In this document: positions 26,670 to 41,035 of the stretch, piece after piece
How the letters are laid out: every line of letters begins with the position of its first letter
Position numbering within the stretch: the stretch's first letter is position 1
Assembly: GCF_006345805.1 (NCBI RefSeq)
Contig: NC_043010.1
Span: 36,704,001-36,768,000, forward strand
Direction: 5' to 3'
Length of the DNA stretch: 64,000 nucleotides
From: Octopus sinensis
Taxonomy: Eukaryota
Made by a program: the position numbers and the translations under genes
Notes under the pieces: generated by a model
The model's database searches: none
What the model was told of the DNA's origin: nothing
Seen by the model: the letters and a program-made list of their open reading frames with translations, nothing else

Positions 26670-27957
26670 CTTCATCTAGGGCAAGTGTGTTCTACAATAA
26701 CCCCAGTCCCTGCAAAACCTTGTGAGTGAATTTGACAGAGATAAATTTTTTTTAAAAGCCTGTGTGTTAGAGTATGTCTATGCCTCTTTGTCTTAACATT
26801 GCATAATTGTTATGAATGATTGTTTTTCATTTATGATATTCTTCAAAAACGTCAGGGCATAAGGAGAGTATTAACCTGCTTACAGACTGGTAACAGTTGA
26901 CTGCAGGGAGGGCATCAAGAAAAACCACCTGACTCATGCAAGTATAGAAAAGTAGATGTTAAAACAATGATGTGTGTGTGTGTGTGTGTGTGTGGAGGGC
27001 AGTCTCAGTGTATGCTTGTGCAAAAAGTGGTGGTGTCATATAAATGGTACTGGTGATGGTGCCATGTGAAAAGTACCCAGTACAATCTGTAAAGTGGTTG
27101 GTGTTAGGAAGGGCATCCAACTGGCAAAAAACCAAGCTAAAAGCAGACTATGGAGTCTGGTGTGGCTCCTGGCCTTGCCAGTTATTGTCATGCCACACAA
27201 TCCATACTAGCATGAAAAACAGACATTAAACAAATGATGATGTTGTGTGAGTATGCACATATACATAGAATATATGCATACATACAGACACACACATACA
27301 TATGCACATATACCGACACACACATACATATGCACATATACAGACACACACATACATATGCACATATACACATACATACATAATGTGCATGCATACATAC
27401 GCACATACATATATGACATGTACAAAGCAGTCACACATCGACATGGGAGCATGAGAGTGAGGGTCTATGTGACTATAAATATAATTACCTCTGTCTGGGA
27501 TTGAAACTCAATCATCAGATTCTCCACAAGCACCAATACATACATTTTTTTATTCATTCAAATTTTGAGGTGGAGAGAAGGGGGTAGGGACAAAATTAAC
27601 TTTTCAAAAAAACTGGGGGTTTTTTGGGTTTTTTTCCGTCTCACCTGACCACCATGTTAGCTCGGTAAACTGTACACATTGTCATTCGTTCAGCCTGTGA
27701 CAAAGTTTCATGCACAGAACAAAACAAACAAACAAACAAGAGGGACAGACAGACAGAAAAAACAGATACAGTGGGACTTTGGGTGACTTACCAAAATTTT
27801 TCATTTTTATTTGCTTCACACATAGTGGAAATATTTGGGAATATGAGAGAGAGAGAGAGCGAGAGAGAGACACACACACACACACACAAACAAACAGTGA
27901 ACTAGAGTGAGAGAAGAGACGGATATAAAGACAGAGACTGACTTTGCAACAGGACAC

Positions 27958-27963
27958 TTTATT
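27958..27963 (-). promoter_or_regulatory. Candidate polyadenylation signal for CtBP (would give a ~3.2 kb 3' UTR)
   Basis: AATAAA on the minus strand, followed by GU/U-rich sequence (gtgtcctgttgc...tctctgtcttt). Position is inferred only. Confidence 0.3.
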
Positions 27964-30474
27964 AAGATCTGTATTCAATAACACATGGTTGGTTTGGGGT
28001 TTTGTCTTTTTTTTTTATTATTTTTTCTTTCTTTTTTTTTTTGATGTTTTGAAGTAAAGTGTACTACTACTACAGCTAATCATAGTAATAATAATAATGA
28101 TAATAATAATAATAATAATAATGATAATAATAATAATGATGATAAGAATAAGAATAAGAATAATAATCATTAGTAATAATCATAATAGTAATGATGACAA
28201 TGATATCTTTGGACTAGGAACAAGGCCGATTTCGTAACAAGGGTTGGAAAGGGTGGGCAGATATAGTCACTTGAATAGATTCTTGTGTTATTTGTATGTT
28301 TGTGAGTATACATATGTGAGTGTGTATGTATGTATGTATGTATGTACATGTGTACACAAACACATAAGTAGAGAAAGAGAGATACATATATGAGATATGT
28401 ATTTATAAATTACTGGTATTGTTTTTTCGTTTTGTATTTTTGTTTCTTTTTTCGTTTTCCTTTTTTTTTCTTACTTTCTTTCAATCAATAACCTCCCCTT
28501 TCCTCCCTTCCCCACCCGGGAGGGGGGAATGAAAGGCAAAGTCGACCCCGGCGGGATTTCAATGAGAGACGGACAAACAGAGAGAGAAAGAGAGAGATGG
28601 ATAGATTAGACTGGATTAGACAAGACAGACGGAAGTGAAAGTTGAGAAAGTAAGTTAGCCTTTCTTTTTGTTTCTTTTTTTCTTTGACAGAAAATACAAA
28701 AAAAAAAATGAATAAATTAACAACCCCAGGACTGCTGTCAGGCACTGGAAGTAGATATATAATGATAGTAATAATAATAATAATGATGGTGATAATTATA
28801 GTATCTGATCCGGCTGCTCTCTTGCTACATGTGCCATCTCCAATGTCCTACAATGAACTTAATGAAAAGAGGGACCATGTAATGAAGATATTGACACACA
28901 CAGATGTGGATGTATATATATATATATGTGTGTGTGTGTAAATATATTTATATATTCACATACACAAACAAGATGTACACACACATAAATATAAATATAT
29001 ATATATACACATATACATGCGCATTTATATACATAGATAGATATATGTACGTGTATGTACATATACATTATATATAATATGTATATATATGCATGTGTGT
29101 ATATACACATATATTTACAAATGTGTACAGAAGACAAATAATAAGAATAAGAATTATGATAATAATAGCATCAATAATGGTTTCTAATTGAGGCACAGGG
29201 CCATTTACTTTGTGGAAGGGGAGGAAGAGGAGGAGCGGGTACAGTCGATCACATCGACCCCAGTACATGACTGGTACTTAGTAATAATAATAATCATAAT
29301 AATAATATTAATAATAATAATAGTAATAATATTAATAATAATAATCATAATAATGATAATGATAAGTAAAAGGTAAAATTATAAAAATATAATTCTTCAG
29401 CACATTTGAAATGATGCAAATGTAGTTTTCTTTCTCTTGTTTTTGTAGTTCATTTTTTTTTGTTTTTGTTTTGCTGTCTTGTTATTTTTTGTGTTTTTTG
29501 AGGTTGTTTTTTTTATGAATTTGCTCTCATTTGATTACTTTCTTTTTTGTTTTTTTTTCTTTTCTGTTATTTTGTTTATGTTATTTTTTTGTTTTTCTTC
29601 TTCTTCATTTCTTCTCTTGTTTAGATTCTCTAATAATTAATAAGATAGATAGACAGGCGGTTAGATCGATATAGACAGACATACAGACATGTAGATAGAT
29701 AGATATTGTTAGATATAGACAAATAGATTAGACAGGTAAAAATAGACAAGTAGACAGTTGCTTAAGGTATGTAGATAAGACAGACGGGTGTTTAGTTTGC
29801 TAGACAGGTGGTTAGATATATAGATAAGCAGTCATGGTTACTTAGACATATGGCTAGTTAAATAGATATAAAGTTAGACAGATGGATAGACAGATAGATG
29901 GATGGCTTGATGGGTAGACAGATGAGTAGATAGACAGGACAGATGGATAAACAGATGGTTGAATTGATGCATAGACTGAAAAATGGGAAAAACTCATGGA
30001 AAGGTGTATGGACAAAATGATAAGTAAATCAGCTGAAAGATAGCTAAATGGATGTAGAGGATAAATGGACAAAGATGTAGGTTGGTAAGATAGGTGACAG
30101 GTAATGTTGATTAACCAACAGACATATGAAGTACAGGTGGAAAGAACGGTCATCAACAATCAGATGAAAAGATGGGGGGGGGGGCAGACATTTCAAATAA
30201 ATGTTAATTAAATTGCAGAACTGGTAAACAAGAAGAATGAGAAGAGGAAACAGCAAGCAAAAAACACAAAGAGATTGAAAAGGAAAAATTAAATGGTCAC
30301 AAGAAATGGATGTTTTTTACAAAACAGACAGCAACGAAGCTTGAGACTAAACAGTACCAGGGAGAGAGGGGTGTGGGAGGGGGGGGTGGAGGAAGAAATA
30401 TAGAGGATGGAGGAATATAAAGGAGGTGGGTAGGGGTGAAGTAATATTTAGGTGGATAGTTGCAGGAATTGGAG

Positions 30475-30511
<37 letters not shown>

Positions 30512-30760
30512 AAGGAGCAGAAATTGTAGGGGTGGGGGGAGGAGAGAGGGTTAGAGCAGAAAATAGAGGAATTATATTTTATTACAAAACACCTTAAATT
30601 TAAGCTATGTGTGTGTTTGTGTGCTGCTGAGTGAATACGTAAGTATGTGTGTGATCATGATGTGTATATACATCTATACACACACAAACATTTTACACAT
30701 ACACACAAAATAGGCACACATTGTGCAATATTTTAATTATAGATTTACTTAAATTGTTGG

Positions 30761-30794
<34 letters not shown>

Positions 30795-30810
30795 TACATA
30801 TCAAATTAGT

Positions 30811-30846
<36 letters not shown>

Positions 30847-31197
30847 TAGCACAGTTCAAATAACTAACAATCTGGATACCACTTTTGTCACTGTTGCTGT
30901 TTTTTATTAATTTTTTATATTTTTTTAATTGCCTTTATTCAGCTGTTGTCATAGAGACGATCACCATGTTGTTGTTTTAGGACAGGGAAGAGTGTGGGAT
31001 GGAAATAGAGAGAGAGGAAAAGAGGAAGAGAGAAAGATTGAAGTGGGAGAAAAAAATAAAATGGAAATTGTTTAAAAAAAAAAAATGGGAGAAAATCGGC
31101 TCAGAGAAAAAAAAAAAAAACTGGGGATGTGGAAAAAAAATCTTTAAAATTAAATTTTTAAAAAAAATTGTAAAAACTTTTTTTAAAAAACAAAAAG

Positions 31198-31445
31198 TTA
31201 ATGGACCTCTGAACTTTCAGCCTTAGCCATGTGATTGCCCGAATCTGGTAGAGTGCTGTGTGGAGTGCTGTGTGGAGTGCTATGAGGGGTGTTGTGAGTA
31301 TGCTGCACCACTGCTGGGTGGGTGTCAAGAGTGGTCGAATGGACCCCCATCGCAACAGCAGCCGCAGCGGCCGGGTTGAATGCATATGCGGGACCATTTA
31401 CACTGTCAGGGTAGACGGTAGCTGGGAATGGATAGCGAATGTTGC
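31198..31445 (-). CDS. CtBP: CtBP terminal coding exon (long C-terminal domain): (S)NIRYPFPATVYPDSVNGPAYAFNPAAAAAVAMGVHSTTLDTHPAVVQHTHNTPHSTPHSTPHSTLPDSGNHMAKAESSEVH*
   Basis: Acceptor tattttggcag in the matching phase. The P/A/G-rich tail has YPxxxNG, HSTT and terminal KxE motifs typical of CtBP long tails. TAA stop at 31200-31198. Confidence 0.88.
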
Positions 31446-32410
31446 CTGCCAAAATATAAGAAAAAAAAAAAAAAGAGAGAGAGAAAAAAAAAAGCTTTAG
31501 CATTCAATCAGATAAGTTAACGAATTATATGACATACATACAACATACATGTATGGCTATATATGTATATATATATAAATAGATAAATAAATAAATACAC
31601 ATGCATGAATGTGTACATATATATCTATATATATATATATAATATATATATATGTTAAAATGGTACATATATAGCCATACATACAATATATAATTATAAA
31701 TATGTACAAATACACACATACATATATTATACACATAAACACCTATTTATATTTACACACAGACACACACAAACAATATCTCTTAATAATCTAACATATT
31801 TCAAGGTGCACATGTGTGTGTGTGTGTTGTGTGTGTGTAAGCACACAAAGATACGTTTAAGACACTTTACACAAGCATTTTAGTAGAGGAGAGGGAATTA
31901 TAATTTTTTGACTAAGGACACTTTGCTAATATTCCCAAGAATATTCTTACAAAAGCTAGCAGACTTGACCAATGATAACAAAAACAGTTAGATATCACCT
32001 GATACCACCTGTTTCACTATCTTATCTTTACCTTTCAACGAACCTTATTACATTCGTATAAAAGGTTTCGTTTTTACTGTCTGCATGCCTAACAATATAT
32101 CTAGTATATATGCATCTAACCAACTTGAGTGTGTAACATTATGTGTTTATGTATCTTAAGAGACAACTAACCAGAAGATAGATTGTTGATGAATTTGTGT
32201 AAATCATAACTGTGGAATATCCAAACAATATATTTCTCCCTTTTTTAATATCTTAACTGGCCAGATCTGGCTTCACACCCACCCTACAATGTCATTCTAA
32301 AAATAAACAATCACATCAGTGAAATCTCAAAGCTACGAGATAGTGCGTGATTAATTAAAAACAAGTATTATACTTGATAGAGTAAATCTGAGTGTTAAAA
32401 GGTTAAGCTA

Positions 32411-33307
32411 TGAAACACCAATAAGCTATCAAAGTGTCCAACAGAATCTTCCGGAATCTTTATATCAAATTACACAAAATATAACTTCCGTTTATAAGTG
32501 AATACTTACAGAGACAGGAATGTCTCTGCAAGGAAAATCACAATATTGGAATATACTGTCATCACCATTCTAGCATCCACTTTTCCATGTTTGCATGGGG
32601 TCAAGTTTTCTTTGGCCAGGGTTTCCAAGAAACATAATATTAGCCCCAGTCTATAAAACAAAGAACTGGAAACAAATGTGCTCATGACTAAGCCTTTTGT
32701 TTCCAAAGATTCTACAATATGCCAAAATGCTTAAAATTGCTTCTATTGGTACTTTAATTATCATCACTATAATGTGTATGGTGTGTGTATGTCCATGTGT
32801 ACATACATATGCGTGGTTTAAATTAATTGAACAATTAACTGTCCTTTAACACTTTTGTGTCCATGTGTTTTCAAGTTCAGCCCCACTGCAAGACACCTCG
32901 TACAAGTGTCTCCTTCTACAGCCACAGGCTGACCAATGCCTTCTGAGTGAATCTGGTAGATGGAGATTGCGTGGAAGGCTACAGTCTGTGCGTATGTATA
33001 CACACTTACTTGGGTATGCATGTGTATGTGTGCTTGTGTGTATGTATACATACACACACACTCGATGAAATTAAATAAATGATAGAGGTACAGGAAATTA
33101 TACAATGAACATCATCGGCTTACTGAAACACCAATAAGCTATCAAAGTGTCCAACAGAATCTTCCAGAATCTTTATATCAAATAACACGAAATACATCTT
33201 CTGTTTATAAGTGAATACTTACAGAGACAGGAATGTCTCTGCAAGGAAAATCGCGATATTGGAATATACTGTCATCACCATTCTAACATCCACTTTTCCA
33301 TGCTTGC
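32411..33307 (+). repeat. ~184-bp direct duplication (32411-32594 and 33124-33307)
   Basis: Direct sequence comparison, a little over 90% identity. Confidence 0.9.
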
Positions 33308-33833
33308 CACAGGATCCAGTGCATCCAGAACTGAATGTTTATGCTCTGAGTGCACTGCATCTTATAATAGAAACTGCAATAAGCTACTGAAGTTTACTAC
33401 ATAATTTCCAGTTCCTTTGTCGTTTTTTTCCTTCTCAATTTCATATGTGCTGTACTTGACTAAGGCTTTATTCCAAAACATATGAATATTGAGTTTCGGC
33501 TTCAGATTATTAGTATCTCTATACCTAAATGAAATATTAATATGTATACATGTGTGTGTGCATGCATTTGTTCCCAGCACTGCATGACAAGTGTTTTTGG
33601 TGTGTTTACATTGCTGTAACTTAGTAGCCTAGCAAAGAAACAGAGAGAACAGGTACCATACATAAACAATAGGTACTAAGGCGGATTCGTTTGACTAAAT
33701 CCCTTCAGGGTGGTGATCTTAATATGACCACAGTCCAGTGACCAAAATGGGTAAAACATAAAAGATAGCAAATATCTTACTAATGAGTACCCAAAATAGC
33801 AAGTGACCTGATCTGAGATCGTTGCTGGAATGA

Positions 33834-34122
33834 AAACAATTGCAGCGTGGAAGGTGTTTATAAGCCATTTAAGAAACACACAAAATCCATTTCACTTCAA
33901 CATTTAAATTTAATTGTCAAAATATTTTTGCCGCTTTGAGACTGCGACCTGTTCACTGACAAAATTTCGTCAGATGCAGCACGGAATTTTGTCAGCAAAC
34001 AGGTCACAGTCTCAAAGCGACAAAAGTATTTTGACAAATTAAATTTATATGTTGAAGTGAATCTAATGGATTTTGTGTGTTTCTTAAATGGCTTATAAAC
34101 ACCTTCCACGCTGCAATTGTTT
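33834..34122. repeat. Fold-back inverted repeat (arms ~137/142 bp, 10-nt loop), MITE-like
   Basis: aaacaattgcagcgtggaagg...ctgacaaaatttcgt pairs with acggaattttgtcag...ccttccacgctgcaattgttt. Confidence 0.9.
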
Positions 34123-34533
34123 ATAATAATAAGATTTATTATATATTACACTGTTGTGGAGCAACTAAAGTTTCATATCATCAGTGTAGGAAATTCCAAA
34201 TAGACTAGTATTAAACCTACTAATGCAAATGTGCCATGCACTTATGCACATAAAATTTTGCATCTCTAAAATGTGTTTATATATGACTGAAATTCATAGC
34301 TATGTAGGAAACTGAATTGGTACCAGGAAGTTGAATTTCATGTGTGCATGCGTGTGTGTGCGTGCGTGCATTACAAGTTTATGATTAGTATTATTAAAAA
34401 GAGATTAACAAAAATTTAACAAACTTGTTTAAAATGCCTTTAATGGTTAATCAAGCAAAATGAATTTTGTTTTACATCTTATCATTGGAGGAGAAATTAT
34501 TACAAAAATTTTGGATGATGATAATGATGATGT

Positions 34534-34578
<45 letters not shown>

Positions 34579-36320
34579 GTAATAAACAATGAATCATTCA
34601 TGTAGTAACCTTGATAAGCTTGAGAAAAAAAAAACAAAAAAACGACAAACAAACCAAATCAGACTAGACCAGACCAAACCAGGCACCAAACAAAAACAGA
34701 TGTTAAGCACAGGAAGTATGTGCATGTATGTATGTGTGCATATGTATGTGTGTTTGTGTGTATATATATATAAATAGATATACGTATACACAAACACAAA
34801 TACACATATGATAGGTAGGTTGATGTATATAATATATAAAGCAGTATGTATAGCCGAATGAGATTTGTCATAGATATTAAAAAGAAAAACTATACTGGTC
34901 ATTCATTATAAACTAACTCCCACTTCTGACAGTAAATGCTTAATCTCATGGTGTTCAGAGAAAGAAATTAAGAAAGCATGAAAGAGAGAAACAAAAGAGA
35001 GACAGAGAGAGAGAGAGAGATTAAGAGACAGGCAGGGAGAGGGAGAAGTTGGGACAATAATATATTTCTTAACTTTTACTGGTTTCAGTCGTTGGACTGC
35101 AGTCTTGTTGAGGCTCCGCCAAAGTTCTGAGCTGTTACTGTTGATCACAGTACTTCGTCTGGTTGGTACAAATTTTAACCAACCTTGTACAGCTACAACG
35201 GCAATGGCAGGAATGAGTATAAAGGAATGCAAACCAAATACCACAAGTTATTTCTGTTTGACGCAGTGATGATTCTGTCATCTTTTGCTGCGATTATACA
35301 TACATATAACAATCACTAGAGATTCACCAAACAATTGGTGGCTGCATTTATTGCAGAGTATAATAATTTCAAATTTACAGGTTGTATGGAATACCCTACA
35401 GATTCAAACTACATGGATCCCTATTTTCCTCACTTGATGTTCTGTTAGCCAGGTTTTACATATGGGGTGCTGACAGCAGCATATTCATCTGGATTTCTTT
35501 AGTCCTTAATTGCTATCTCCATATGTAAATGTATATATATAAAGATATATATAGATATATATATATTAACATACACTCACACCCATAAGCTTTTTATACT
35601 GTTACTATCTGCAAAATTTCACTCAGAAGGCTACATAAGATATATATATGTATGATGATTATATCTGACAAAACCAAAATGTATGAATTTGCATAATTGA
35701 AATACTCAAAGGAAGCTGGGATGTTTCCATTGTAAATGTGAAAAGCATTTTTTTTTTCTTCTAAAAAACAGAAATTACGATTGGGAACAGGGTGGAAGAG
35801 AGAAATAAAGAGGGAAAAAGAAATGAACTTTTAAAGAGGGTAAATAAATAATTATAGTAATCACCTGTATGGCATGTGATTCGTGATTCGTTATTAAATC
35901 CAGTGTGGTCCCACTGCATTCAATCATTATACTGCTGACCTGCCCTTACGAATTAATGAACTAAGCTAGGATAGAGGTAATATGGTATCACAATCAAACA
36001 CGCATTTCTATACATATATATACATCAACACATATACATACACACCCTTACACATTTTTAAATGTACATATGTATATACATATACGTCTACATATGTATG
36101 CGTGCATGTGTGTTTGTATATATATATATAGACGTGTTCATGTCAGTATATATATGACATGTGTACATGTCTGTATATACAGACACACACATCCCACCAT
36201 GTAACTACACAAGTATATACATATATGTATATATATAAATGTGCATGGATCCAAACATATGTAGATACTGTTGCACTTATGTACATACATAGAAACTACA
36301 TAAATCCTGACATATCTACC

Positions 36321-36351
<31 letters not shown>

Positions 36352-36732
36352 TCACTCACTCACTCAAACATGCACACACACACACACACACATTAACATA
36401 TGCAACTGCTTACACACATACATATATACACTAGCAGGCACACACACACGCATGCATGCCTTGCATACACATGCACACCCAGATAACTATGCATACTTAA
36501 TCATATACATACATGTACATGTATAGAAAGTAAGAGAGAGAAGAGGGACTGTCTGAAGTTTAATTTATTTATTTACTTTTTGCATTTTTAAATCATTATC
36601 ATTGTAGTTACTGCTGCCGATGATGACGATGATATGTTGATGTTCCGTTAATTAACAAAAAAAAGAATTTAAAACATCACACACATACATACACACAACT
36701 ATTTTAAGCAACACTTATATGTATATATGTAT

Positions 36733-36765
<33 letters not shown>

Positions 36766-37685
36766 AATATATATGTCCTCCAACCCCCACCGACCATCAC
36801 CCGCATATGCATTCGTATTTGTCCATAAGTTTCTAGTCAGGTAAAAATGGTCTTATATGATGAAATGTGCTGTTCTGAGATGAGAGCGAATGCGTGAATA
36901 TAACAAAAAATTAAAATAGAACAAAAAAAAAATGAAAAACTTGTCGCTGCAGAAACAAAGGCGGCGATCAGTCAGATTTGTCTGTTGGCCATTTTTTTGT
37001 GTTTCTTTTTCTTTCCTTTTTTTCGTTTTTGCTTTTCAACGTCTCCATTGTATTTCATATTTCAAATGTTATCGTTTGGATATTTTTTTTTGGATATTTT
37101 CTTCTTCTTTGCTCAAAGTTTCATTTACAAATGTTTTTTTTTTTTTCTTTTGCTTGATTTGGGGAAGGAAGAGAGATTGAGTATTTCAATATTCAAAAAT
37201 GATGATAGCGGATAAAAAAAAAAAATTCTTTAAAAAAGATGAATATTTTTTTTCTTCAAAAAAATTTTTTTCTGTTTCATTTAAATGTTTTGAAATTGTT
37301 TGTTGATATTTCATTGCTTTCTTTTTGTCTTTTTCCATTTTTATCATAATTATCATTATCATTGTTTTCTTGCTGTTTATTTTTTTTTTGCCAAGATATC
37401 AAATCAACATGTGCATACATATTTCCGGAGTCCGGCCTGACTTCTTCTCTATCATCTATAATATAGCTTTGGCTGCCCAAGACAAGCAGGAATTTTTTTT
37501 TAATATTTATTTTTCTCTTTTGTTCTGTAATCTTTTTAAATATATATTTATGTATGTGTGTGCGCATATATATAGATAGAGACATATATATATAGGCATA
37601 CACACACACATAGATATATATGTATATATAATGTCCATCCCCAAAAACAGGAATAGAGTCTGACATCAGATTCATCATCCAGTTA

Positions 37686-37997
<312 letters not shown>

Positions 37998-38698
37998 TCA
38001 ACATCATGTTGAGGATTTCAAATAAAATACTTCATTTTCCAAAGGAAAACTCTACTCCTTATCAGAACTGCCCAAGCGGCCTTGAGGTAGAAATTAGAAA
38101 TAAAATTTGTCAATTGCTTGCAGGTAGCATACAGATATGTATCAATTAACTTATGTAATTACGTTGCATTATGTACTCTCACATTAAGAACTTTTATCTA
38201 TTGTGCTTTTAAATTATGATAGTAAGAATAAACACAAAAATAAACATTGGCTACCCAGCATAATCTAGTTATGTGATTTGAACATATATGGTGATTGTAC
38301 TGAAGACTAAGTAAAAAACAAAGACTCAAGAGAGGTCAGAGCTAAGAGGGTTGTACCAAAATGCTTGAGGACTTGCAAGCTTATAACTACTGTTTCTTGA
38401 AACCTTGGCAAAGCACTACTAATAGGCTTCACAAGTAAATGAAGGCAGCAGTCGGTATTAGCATACTCGTACTGGATGGCACTGGAAAAGTAACACACTG
38501 AGAAGAGGAAAAAAAATCATGTGAAATCCAAACTGAAGTTAATACTAAACTATCTCGTCTCCCAGCACAGCATGCACCACTTCAGTTGCATTACCAAGTC
38601 TCAGTTCAACTAGCAGTAGGGATGTATTATGTATGATACGGAGGGGAGTGCGGGTGGTAGCGAATCATTGCTTCAAACACCATGGAACTACTGCTTAA

Positions 38699-38885
38699 CC
38701 CTTTTGTTACTAACCAGGCCAAAACCGGCTCTGGCTCTGTGGTAAAATGTTTTGTTTTCATAAGTTTTGAATTAAAATATTCCACCAAGCTTTAGTCACA
38801 ATTTACGTTTCTAACACTAGCTAATGATAACTAAATTATTTTACTAAATTCTTTGTTATATTTAAAATAGCTGAAAGAAACAGGG
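38699..38885. mobile_element. piggyBac-type MITE (family P1, internally deleted)
   Basis: TTAA|CCCTTTTGTTAC ... GGG|TTAA; similar to 40404-40626. Confidence 0.7.
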
Positions 38886-40403
38886 TTAAATAACAGAGTT
38901 GAAACCAAAATTTTCAATCAGCTTTTATGTGACAATAGTCCAATATCTTTCCCTAAATCACTAAAGGATATGGAACTGCCATTGATAAGCCCCATATCAA
39001 CCCTCATTTGAACTGTCCTATGATCAAAAGAGTTCTACCCATTACTATCCCCGCCTTTTCCTTTCAGACATCATTTCTGCAAAATGTATATAATTTAATG
39101 AAATCTCAGCTATAACTTTCTTTTTTTTTTTTCCTTACTGAAAATAGTGAAATATGATTCAGGGGAGGTTTGGTTATTTCAAGTCAGTCAGGTGATTGTG
39201 TCAAGGGAGAACTCCTTCCATCCCAGATGACAAAAGACGACTTTCTTTAGTGAAATTGCAAGATACTGTACTTTACTTTCCTCATCAAGCTCTCACCCAT
39301 CACCACCACCTCTTCCTCCATACAACTAAATTCAGTCACCAAGGAACAAGCTGATAGATGGCTATATATTGCATGACACTTTCATGTGCTTGTTTGCTGA
39401 ATCCACAATCAATTCTTGGCATCATAAAGATTACCACTGAAGATTTCAGTTCCATATGCTAAATACAGAGCAATTCATCAGCTGAGCTTTAGCCACAAGA
39501 AAAACTTTCTTCTAGGACCACAGGCTAACAGTACACTCACCAGTTCTATGGTGCTATTGTTGCTTACAATAGTAAGTTGTGTCACTGCCAAAGACTACAA
39601 AGCCCTTACCAGTCGCTCAGTAGGTTGTTTCTTTCATTTGACTAAATCTGTTCATCTTACTAAGCATATGTCTTGCACTTTAGCCTCAAGTTTACTGAAA
39701 CCGAGTGAGTGAAATACAAACGCTGGAGGGCAAGTGGAAATCTGGTGCAAGGCTTGTGACAGTGGGCATTCACTTTACATCCATTTTTCCATGCTAGCAT
39801 GGGTTAGAGAAATACATTATTGTATGTAAGGAGTGCATGTGTCTATGCAGTACTTAGACTTGTAGACTAAAATTCAATGATTCTTGTTGATCAAACAAAT
39901 GGAATATACATCTTCCAAACTGAAGCAAGATCTATTTACTAAGACAAGAACAGAAATAGTATGTGGAATAGAATTTCACGTCATACAACCCCACCCACAA
40001 CCCCATTTCACCAAGACATGGCTCTACACCAACGAGATGTTAACAACAATTGAAGCAGTGACTGCAGCAATGGTGACAATTGCTGTGATAATAACAGAAT
40101 ACTAGATGAAAGAGGTGTTTCGAGTAAATATTTAACTATTAGATACCACTGTTAATGTCAACAGTGAAGTCAAACACAGTAGTAGCAGCATGAAATAATT
40201 GAAATGAAGCATGAAAACCTAGCTCCTCCCCTAGTGTGCAGCACCTCAGAAAGGCACATAACATATGTTACAACAGCTAAATAACTCTGGTATGACAGAA
40301 TACCACAATACTAAATGAGACTAACAATGCAAAGCATTTTACAGCCATTGTTTCCTAAACTTTATTTTGATCATCTTAGTAAAATAGGCAAGCTATACCT
40401 TAA

Positions 40404-40626
40404 CCCTTTTGTTACTGTTTTTCTGTTGAGATGCTCTGTGTTTCTTTCAATTAATTTTATATATAACAGAGAATTTAGTAAAACAACTTAGTTATCATTA
40501 AAGCTGGTCTTAGGAACATAGATTGTGACTAAGGTTTAGTGGAAGATTTTAATTCGAAACTTATGAAAACAAGACATTTGTACTACAGAGCCAGGGGCAG
40601 TTTCAGCCGGGTTGGTATCGAAAGGG
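40404..40626. mobile_element. piggyBac-type MITE (family P1)
   Basis: TTAA on both flanks; imperfect TIRs CCCTTT(T/C)G(T/A)TAC. Confidence 0.8.
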
Positions 40627-40659
40627 TTAATTAATTTTGAAAACAAAAATAGTACAGTG

Positions 40660-41035
40660 TGGTAAAAATTTGGCTTTCTAACCATGTGGCTTTGGATTTT
40701 TTTCCATTGCATGGCACCTTCAGTGAGTGCTTTCTACTATAGCCTTGAGCTGACCAAATCCTTGTGAGTGGATTTGGTAGATGGAAACTGCAATAAGCCC
40801 ATTGTGTGTGTGTGAGAGAGAGGGAGAGGGGGGATTATGTTTGTTCACCACCACCACTTGACAACTGATTTTAATTTGCTTCTATCACAGTAACTTAACA
40901 GTTCAACAGACGAGACCAATAGAATGAGTACCAGGACTACAAAATAAATAGTGTGGGGTCGGGGGGTCGAATTGTTCAGTGAAACCATTGAAAGTGCTGC
41001 CCTAGCACAGTTGCAGTCCGATAACTGAAACAAAT
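40660..41035 (+). mobile_element. SINE family 2
   Basis: Similarity to other copies. Confidence 0.75.
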
